Made by a program: the position numbers and the translations under genes. The notes beneath the pieces are model-generated. The model was not told where the DNA came from, made no database searches, and saw only the letters and a program-made list of their open reading frames with translations. From the NCBI GenBank assembly GCA_049696035.1, contig JBAVTH010000242.1, positions 4,472-68,471 of the forward strand: 64,000 nt of DNA, read 5' to 3'. This document shows, piece after piece, positions 38,494-48,800 of the stretch (its first letter is position 1; every line of letters starts with the position of its first letter). This DNA comes from Ilumatobacteraceae bacterium. Lineage in GTDB: Bacteria; Actinomycetota; Acidimicrobiia; Acidimicrobiales; Ilumatobacteraceae.

Positions 38494-39447
38494 GTGACCG
38501 CGCCGATCGCAATCTCGATGGGAGACGCCTCCGGTGTCGGGCCGGAGATCGTCCTGCGCAGTTTCGTCGACGGCACGCTCGGCGACGACGTGGTGGTCTA
38601 CGGCGACGCAGCAATCCTCCACAACGGGGCCGCGCTGCTCGGCATGGATGTCGACTGGGGCCGCTTCCCACTGGTCGATCTGGGCCTGCTGACTGCTGCC
38701 GACCATCGGCCAGGTGAGCTCGATGGTGCCTCCGGCGCGGCGGCCCGCGCCTACGTCGAGCGGGCCACGCTCGACTCGCTCGCCGGCACCGTCAGCGGCA
38801 TCGTGACCATGCCGATGAACAAGGAGGCCACCCAGCTCAGCGACCCTGGGTTCGTCGGCCACACCGAGTTCATCGCCCAGCTGTGCGGTGTGCAGAAGGT
38901 GACGATGATGCTCACCGCAGCCACGGCGCACGGCTCGCTCGCGGTCACCCACGTCAGCACCCACGTCTCGCTGACGACGGCGATCGAGCGCGTGCGCGCC
39001 GAGCGGGTGCTCGACGTGATCCACCTCACCAACGACGTGTTGTCCCGCTTCCTCGATCGTCCGCGCATCGCAGTCTGCGGGCTCAACCCGCACGCCGGCG
39101 AGCACGGGCTGTTCGGGCGCGAGGACATCGAGCACATCGCACCGGCGATCGAGACGGCGGTCGCCGAAGGGATCGATGCCACGGGCCCCCACCCCGCCGA
39201 CACGGTGTTCTTCCAGGCTGTGCACCGCGGCCGCTACGACGCGATCGTGTGCATGTACCACGACCAGGGTCACGGCCCGATGAAGCTGTTGGCGTTCGAC
39301 ACGGGTGTCAACGTCACCCTCGGCCTGCCGATCGTGCGCACCTCGGTCGACCACGGCACGGCCTTCGACATCGCATGGAAGGGTGTGGCGTTCACCGACT
39401 CGTTGGGCCACGCGCTCGGCGTCGCCCGCCAGCTCATCGGTCGTTGA
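38494..39447 (+). CDS. PdxA-family NAD-dependent 4-hydroxythreonine-4-phosphate / 4-phospho-tetronate dehydrogenase
   Basis: ORF 38320..39447. Start set to the GTG at 38494 (38485 and 38518 are alternatives). Motifs MGDASGVGPEI, GFVGHTE, NPHAGE, HDQGH and TSVDHGTAFDIA. Confidence 0.85.
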   Translation: MTAPIAISMGDASGVGPEIVLRSFVDGTLGDDVVVYGDAAILHNGAALLGMDVDWGRFPLVDLGLLTAADHRPGELDGASGAAARAYVERATLDSLAGTVSGIVTMPMNKEATQLSDPGFVGHTEFIAQLCGVQKVTMMLTAATAHGSLAVTHVSTHVSLTTAIERVRAERVLDVIHLTNDVLSRFLDRPRIAVCGLNPHAGEHGLFGREDIEHIAPAIETAVAEGIDATGPHPADTVFFQAVHRGRYDAIVCMYHDQGHGPMKLLAFDTGVNVTLGLPIVRTSVDHGTAFDIAWKGVAFTDSLGHALGVARQLIGR

Positions 39448-39493
39448 AACCTGACGGCGGCTCCAGCTGGCCCTTCCACGAGGGTCGCTTCGC

Positions 39494-39532
39494 GTCATCG
39501 CCCGGCGACGAGCGGCTCGGTCGGGCGATGAC
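39494..39532 (+). terminator. Stable hairpin 47 nt after the pdxA-family stop (11-bp stem GTCATCGCCCG / CGGGCGATGAC with an inner CGAGC/GCTCG extension)
   Basis: Complementarity read directly from the sequence. No T-tract. Confidence 0.5.
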
Positions 39533-39570
39533 ACGAACGCCAGTTCGGCACCGATCAACCCCGCCAGCCA

Positions 39571-39591
39571 CCGATTCGGGGACCGAATCGG
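39571..39591. promoter_or_regulatory. Palindrome CCGATTCGG-GGA-CCGAATCGG upstream of the ACAD/PKS block
   Basis: Perfect 9+9 inverted repeat. It shares the CCGATTC/GAATCGG half-site with the palindrome at 39670-39689. Confidence 0.5.
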
Positions 39592-39669
39592 CCGAGAGTT
39601 GGGTCGAAAGTCCATGCCATGTGAGGCCTGCTTACTGCATTGTTGAGAGCGTGAACAAAGCGTCGCTGT

Positions 39670-39689
39670 TGAATCGGCAGTCCGATTCA
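39670..39689. promoter_or_regulatory. Palindrome TGAATCGG-CAGT-CCGATTCA, 26 nt before the ACAD start
   Basis: Perfect 8+8 inverted repeat flanked by a further CGTCG/CGACG pair. Same half-site as 39571-39591. Confidence 0.5.
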
Positions 39690-39714
39690 CGACGCTGGCA
39701 CGTGGGGAAGACGC

Positions 39715-41370
<1,656 letters not shown>

Positions 41371-41422
41371 ACAGCGAAGCACGGCCGGGCGCGTCTCCCG
41401 GTCGAACGAAAGGACATCCGTC

Positions 41423-42817
41423 ATGGAACCAGTGGCAATCGTGGGCGTTTCGGCGATCCTGCCCGACGCGCCCGACGCTGCAACCTTCTGGGACAACGTC
41501 TCGCGCGGTCGCTACTCGATCAGTGAGGTGCTGCCCAGCCGCTGGGATCCCGCCCTGTACTTCGACGAGGACCACGATGCCCCCGACAAGACGTACTCCA
41601 AGATCGGCGGTTGGGTCCGCGACTGGGAGTGGGACCCGCTGGCGTGGAAGCTGCCGATCCCGCCGAAGGTGAGCGATGCGATCGATGACGGCCAGAAGTG
41701 GGCCATTGCGTGCACCCGCGCAGTGCTGGCAGACCACGGCAAGCCGATCGATCATGAACGTACGGCCGTGATCCTCGGGAACGCGATGGCCGGTGAGCAC
41801 CACTACCAGACGGCGCTGCGCATCGCGACTCCCGAGATCGTCCGGGAGCTGCACAGCGCCCCGTCGTTCCAGCAGCTCCCGGCGGAGATGCGCTCGGCGA
41901 TCACCGAAGAGCTGGGCATTCGGATGAGCATGAACTACCCGGAGGTCACCGAGGACACGATGGCGGGCGAGTTGGGCAACGTGATGGCGGGACGGGTGGC
42001 CAACCTGTTCGACTTCCACGGACCGAACTTCATCGTCGACGCTGCCTGCGCCTCGGCGATGGCGGCCATCGACGCGTCGATCGAAGGGCTCATCGAGCAC
42101 GAGTTCGACACCGTGGTCACCGGTGGCATCGACCGCAACATGGGCGCGTCCAGCTTCGTGAAGTTCTGCAAGATCGGTGCACTGTCCGCAACGGGCACGC
42201 GCCCCTTCGACGCCGGCGCCGACGGATTCGTGATGGGGGAGGGCGCCGCCCTGTTCCTGCTGAAGCGGTTGGCCGACGCGGAACGCGACGGCGACCGCGT
42301 GTACGCAGTGCTGCGCGGCATCGCGGGCGCGAGCGATGGCAAGGGCAAGGGCATCACTGCGCCGAACCCGGTGGGCCAGCGGCTGGCGGTGGCGCGAGCA
42401 TGGTCGGCCGCTGGGCTGTCGCCGTCGGCGTGCGGTTTGATGGAGGCCCACGGCACCAGCACCCGCGTCGGCGACGTGGTGGAGGTGACCAGCCTCGGCG
42501 AGGTGTTCGCGAGTGCCGGCCTGGCCCCGGGCGCAGTGGCGCTGGGTTCGGCGAAGTCCAACATCGGCCACCTCAAGGCGGCCGCCGGCGCGGCAGGCAT
42601 CCTCAAGGCGACGCTGGCGCTGCACCACAAGGTGCTGCCGCCGAGCCTCAACTTCTCCGACCCGAACCCGAACATCGACTGGTCGACGTCGCCGTTCCGC
42701 GTGAACACGGAGCTGCGCGAGTGGTCGTCGCCTTCGGCAGGCGGCGTGCGAACGGCCGGTGTCAGTGCCTTCGGCTTCGGTGGCACCAACTTCCACGTGG
42801 TGCTGGAGGAGCACGTG
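41423..42817 (+). other. PKS domain KS1 (PfaA/HglE/PksE-like ketosynthase)
   Basis: DAACAS (Cys209, codon 42047-42049), EAHGTST, SNIGH and GGTNFHVVLEE. N-terminal insertion KIGGWVRDWEWDPLAWKLPIPPKV. Confidence 0.9.
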
Positions 42818-45800
42818 CCGGGCCGGCTGCGGTTCAACGCCCCGAAGATGGTGGCGGTCGGTGCCGACCTCGCGAGTGCGCCGGTGACGGCGGGCGTGGC
42901 CGAGCCGGCGTCGCTCCCCGGAAAGGCGCCGCTGCGAGGTGCGCTCCTGCTGGGCGCCACCAACCAGGCCGACCTCATCGAGCAACTGCGCGGGGTCCTG
43001 GCCGCAGCCGAGTCGGGCGTCGCCCCGGCAGCCGAGCAGCCCAGCGCAGCGGCGCTGGCCGCGCCGGAGCGCCTGGCCATCGACTACGGAGATGCTCGCG
43101 ACTTGGTGGACAAGGCGACGCGGGCGCTCGCCGCCTTCGAGACACCGGCGATGTGGACGATGCTGCGCGGTCGGGGCGTGTTCCGCGGCACGGGGCCGGC
43201 TGCACCGATCGCCTTCATGTACACCGGTCAGGGATCGCAGTACGTGAACATGCTCAGCCAACTGCGCGCCGTCGAGCCGATCGTCGCCGAGCGGTTCGTG
43301 GAGGCCGATCGCGTGATGACGCCATTGCTGGGCAAGCCGCTCAGCGACTACATCTTCATCGACGCCGCCGACCCCGCCGCCGTGGACGCTGCCGAGGAGG
43401 ATCTGCGCAACACGGAGATCACGCAACCGGCAGTGCTGGCGACCGACCTGGCCCTCACCGCCTTGTTGACGGCCTACGGCGTCGAGCCCGACATGGTCAT
43501 CGGCCACAGCCTGGGCGAGTACGGCGCGCTGGTGGCGGCCGGTGCGTTGTCGTTCCCCGGCGCCCTGGAAGCGGTGAGTGCCCGTGGGCACGAGATGGCC
43601 AGCCTCACCGTCGCGGACAACGGGATCATGGCCGCGGTCTTCGCGCCGGTGGACGAGGTGCAGCGCTTGGTGGACGGCATCGACGGCAACGTCGTGCTGG
43701 CCAACGTCAACTCGAACGCCCAGTCGGTGATCGGTGGTGCCACCACGGCAGTGGAGACAGCGCTGGCGGCATGCGAGGAGCGTGGCTGGCTGACAGCGCG
43801 CCTGACCGTGAGCCACGCGTTCCACACCAGCATCGTCGCTGCCGCCAGCGAGCCCCTGCGCCGCACCCTCGAGCGACTGGAGCTGCACGCGCCGATACGT
43901 CCGATCGTCTCGAACGTGACCGGCGAGTTCTATCCGATGGGTCCCGGTGTGGGTGAGACGATGCTCGATCTGTTGGCACAGCAGGTGGCATCTCCGGTGC
44001 AGTTCGTGAAGGGCCTGCACACGCTCTACGACGCGGGCGCCAGAGTGTTCGTCGAGGTCGGCCCCAAGCGCGCGCTGCACGGGTTCGCCACCGACGTGCT
44101 CGGTGAGGACGTCACCGTGCTGTTCACCAATCATCCCAAGCAGACCGATGTCGTCGCCTTCAACCAGGCCCTGTGCGGCCTGTATGCGGCCGGCCATGGC
44201 GCGGCGCGTGACGTCGCCGCCCAGTTCGCCGGCGCACCCACCGTCGCCGCTTCGGTGACCCCTACCTCGACCGATTCCACGAAAGTGAGCAGTGCTGTGC
44301 AGACCGATCTCGGAGCGCTCTTCGACGACTTCCTCGACAAGGCCCGCTCGCTGATGGGCGTCGGCGAGAGCCGGACCCGCACGAACGACGAGCCGGTCGT
44401 GATCACGGGCGCTGCGCTCGGCACGCCCGGCACGCAGCGGGTGTTCGACGACGAGAACCTCGCCCGTTTGCTGCACGGCGAGCAGTTGATCGACGTCATC
44501 CCGGGTCGTCTGCGCAACGAGATCCTCGACAAGCACATCGTTCGGCTGACCAAGAGCGAGACCCGTGGCGCGAGCTTCGAAGCGATCGACAGCGTCGCCG
44601 ATGTGATCAAGCTGGCGGGCCGTGCCGGCTCGTTCGACCTCGCCGCCGAGTTCGGTGTCGAAGCCGACCGCCTGGCCGCCCTCGGCCGAACCACTCAACT
44701 GGCGATCGGTGCTGGGCTCGACGCTCTGCGCGATGCCGGCATCCCGATCGTGCAGCGCTACAAGACCACCCATCTCGGCACCCAGCTGCCGGAGCGCTGG
44801 GGCCTGCCCGACGCGCTGCGCGACGAGACCGGCATCATCTTCGCCAGTGCGTTTCCCGGCCTGGAGGAACTGGCCGACGAGGTGCGCCGCTACGAACAGG
44901 ACCGGGCGCGGCGGCTCGAGCTGGACGAGCTGCAAGCCGTGCGTGCCCGGGTCGCGGAAGCCGACTCGGCCAGCGTGTCGCTGGTGGAGATCGACCGTCG
45001 CATCCACGACGTCCAGCGCGAGCTGGAAGTGCATCCGTATCTCTTCGACCGACGGTTCCTGTTCCGGGTGCTCTCGATGGGTCACTCGCAGTTCGCCGAG
45101 CTGATCGGCGCACGCGGTCCGAACACGCAGATCAACTCGGCGTGCGCCAGCACCACGCAGGCGATCTCGCTGGCCGAGGACTGGATCCGCGCCGGTCGTT
45201 GCCGACGGGTGATCGTCATCGCGGCCGACGATGCGACCAGCGACGACCTGCTCGGCTGGATCGGTGCCGGCTTCCTGGCGACGGGTGCCGCGGCGACCGA
45301 CGAGGACGTGACCGAGGCGGCGCTGCCGTTCGACAAGCGCCGCCACGGCATGATCATCGGAATGGGCGCCGCCGCGCTGGTCGTGGAGAGCGCCGACGCT
45401 GCGCGTGAGCGTGGTGTGCAGCCGATCTGCGAGGTGCTCGGAGCGGTCACCGCCAACAGCGCGTTCCACGGCACCCGTCTTGATGTCGAGCACATCGGCG
45501 GCATCATGGAGGCGGTGGTGCGCCAGGGCGAAGCACGAGGTGCCGATCGCGCGGCGATCGCCAGCGAGCTGGTGTTCGTCTCCCACGAGACCTACACACC
45601 GGCGCGCGGCGGAAGCGCCGCCGCCGAGATCCACGCGCTGCGGCACGTGTTCGGCGTCAACGCCGACCGCATCGTGATCGCCAACACCAAGGGCGTCACC
45701 GGCCACCCGATGGGAGTCGGTCTCGAGGACGTCGTGGCCGTGAAGGCGCTGGAGACCGGGATCGTGCCCCCTGTCGCCAACTTCCGCGAAGTGGATCCCG

Positions 45801-48800
45801 AGCTGGGTTCGCTCAACCTCTCTCGCGGAGGCTCGTACCCGGTGCGGTGTGCCTTGCGGCTGGCCGCCGGCTTCGGCTCGCAGATCAGCATGGTGTTGCT
45901 GCGCTGGACGCCGGTTGCGGACGGCCGTCACCGGGCCCCCGACCAGCTGGGGTACGCCTATCGGATCACTGACCAGGCCAGATGGTCGGGCTGGCTGCGG
46001 AGCATCTCCGGCCAGGAGTCGCCACAGATGGAAGTGGTGCAGCGCCGCCTGCGCATCGTCGACAATGGGCCCGGCGCGCCGGCCACCCCTGCGGCGGCAA
46101 CCCCCGCCGCAGTTGCACCCGTCGCGCCGCGTGCGGTCAACGCCGACACCGCTGCGGCGCCGGTTTCTCCGGCCCCGGCGCCGGCGCCCGCCGTCGCTGC
46201 ACTCGCCGTCGAAGCCGATCCGGTGGTCGCTGCAACGCCTTCAGCGCCTGCAGGGGATGAGGTGGCGGCGACGATCTTGCGGTTGGTGGCGGAGCAGACG
46301 GGGTATCCGCCGGAGATGTTGGATCTGGATCTGGATCTGGAGGCGGATCTGGGTGTGGACACGGTGAAGCAGGCGGAGTTGTTCGCGGCGGTGCGTGAGG
46401 CGTATGGGATCGAGCGTGACGACAAGTTGAAGTTGCGTGACTATCCGACGTTGGCGCATGTGATCGGCTTCGTGCACGATCGTGCCCCGCAGACCGTGCA
46501 GCTGCCGGCCGCTGTCGACGAGCCTGGCAACCTCGATGCGAACCCTGTGGACTCCGGCGACACCCCTCGGTTCCCGCGTCGTGTGCCCGTGCCGGTGGTG
46601 CGCCCTGCACTGGAACTGTGCGAGACAACCGGTGTGGAGTTGGCCGCCGGAGACCGGGTGGTCGTCTACCCCGATACCGGAGGCGCCGCCGTCGCCCTGA
46701 CGGCTTCGCTGGCGGAGATGGGTGTCGAGGTGCTGCTGGTCGACGCTGCGCCGGATCGTGCGACCTTGGAATCGACCCTGCAGGCGTGGCGAGCGGCCGG
46801 CCCCATCAGCGGTGTCTTCTGGTTGCCGGCTCTCGATCAGGTGGACCTCGCCGGGCTCGATCCGGCCTCGTGGTCGGAGGCGTTGCGCGTGCGCGTGAAG
46901 CTGCTGGCGACCACGATGCGCGTGCTGTACGACGACATGACGGCCGGGCACTTCCTGGTCAGCGCCGTCCGATTGGGTGGAAGCTTCGGCTACGACGTAC
47001 CCGGCGCGCAGGACGTGCTCGGTGGCGCCACCAGTGGCTTCACCAAAGCCCTGGCCCGGGAGCGGGCTGATGCGCTGGTCAAGGTGGTCGACTTCGCGAC
47101 AGCGACCCCGGCCGCCGAGGTGGCCGGCCAGCTGCTGGCCGAGGTCACGCACGACCCCGGCATCGTGGAGGTGGGCCGCGCGGGCGGCCTTCGTTGGGGC
47201 ATCGGCGTCGCCGAACGCGACGTCGCGGAGGATCCTGCTCGTCTGCTCGGGCCCGACGACGTGATCGTCGTCACCGGCGCCGCCGGCAGCATCGTCAGTG
47301 CGATCACCACCGACCTCGCAATGGCCTCGCGTGGCACGTTCCACCTCATCGACCTCACTCCCGAGCCGTTGGCCGACGACCCGGACCTGGAGCGCTTCGT
47401 CCACGATCACGACGGTCTCAAGGCCGACATCGCTCACCGCATCACCGAGCGCGGCGAGCGGGCGACTCCGGCGCTGGTCGAACGCGAGCTCGCCCGGCTG
47501 GAGCGGTCGCGGGCGGCGCTGGACGCGATCCAGGCCGTGCAGCGCGCCGGTGGCACCGTCCACTGGTACCAGGCCGATCTCACCGACTTCGCAGCAGTGC
47601 ACGCGGCCGTCGAGCAGATCGTCGCGAGGTCGGGACGGGTCGATGTGCTGCTGCACTGCGCAGGTCTCGAGATCAGCCGCTTCCTGCCCGACAAGACGGA
47701 TCGCGAGTACGACCTCGTCTTCGACGTGAAGAGCAACGGCTGGTTCCACCTGTTGCATGCGTTGGGCGACACCCCGCTCGGCGCCGCTGTCGTGTTCAGC
47801 TCGATCGCCGGCAGGTTCGGCAACGGCGGCCAGACGGACTACAGCGCTGCCAACGATCTGCTGTGCAAGAGCATCTCCGCCTTCCGTTCATCGCGGCCGG
47901 CGACACGAGGCGTCGCCATCGACTGGACAGCGTGGGCGAGCATCGGGATGGCGAGCCGTGGGTCCATCCCGAAGATGATGGCGATGGCCGGGATCGACAT
48001 GCTGCCACCGGAGGTCGGCATCCCGGTGGTCCGTCACGAGCTGACGGCCGCGGGCGCAGGCGGCGAAGTGGTGGTCGCCGGTTCGCTCGGGATCATGTTG
48101 GAGGAGTCGCCGACCGGTGGTCTCGACGCCGTGGCGGCAACCGCCGCGCTGGCGGGCAGCGAGTCGGGACCGATGATCGGCGAGATGGTCGCCTGCACCC
48201 TCCGCGACGGTTTGGTGGTGCGCACCACGCTCACCGCCGGCCAGCCGTTCCTGGACGATCACCGCATCGACGGCACCCCGGTGCTGCCGGGCGTGATGGG
48301 CATGGAGGCCTTTGCCGAAGCTGCCGCAGCGCTCGTGCCGGGGTGGGAGGTGCACTCCCTGAGCGACGTCGAGTTCCTTGCCCCGTTCAAGCTGTATCGC
48401 GACGACTCGCGTGTTGCCGAGATCCGTGCCCGGCTGCTGTGCGGTGAAGGAGGCTCGATCGTCGCCGAGTGCGCGCTGGTCGGTCGCCGGAGCCTCCCCG
48501 GCCAGCCCGAACAGGTCACCACCCACTTCGTCGGCAACGTGGTGCTCGCGCCGGCGGGCAGCGCCCGTCCGGCAGCGAGCGCGCCGGGTGCCACGGCCAA
48601 GAAGCCGCCGGCGTCCGCGGTCGCCGCCGGCAGCATCTACGAGATCTACTTCCACGGTCCCGCCTACCAGGTCCTCGACCAGGCGTGGGCCGAGGATGAG
48701 GTCGTCGTCGGCGCGACCCCGGCCGCGCTGCCGGCCAACCATCAGCCTGACGGCCGGCCGTTGCTGGCCTGGCCACGGCTGGTGGAGCTCTGCTTCCAGA

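Noticed and set aside
39614-39646. 10-codon upstream ORF MPCEACLLHC (contains a rare TTA codon) in the ACAD/PKS leader
   Set aside because: Only a weak GAAAG RBS-like sequence, no way to test conservation here, and short ORFs arise by chance. Noted as a possible leader peptide but not supportable.
46322-46339. (GATCTG)x3 hexanucleotide microsatellite
   Set aside because: In-frame and encodes DLDLDL at the start of the carrier-domain helix. Treated as part of the codon-island finding and not as an independent repeat element.
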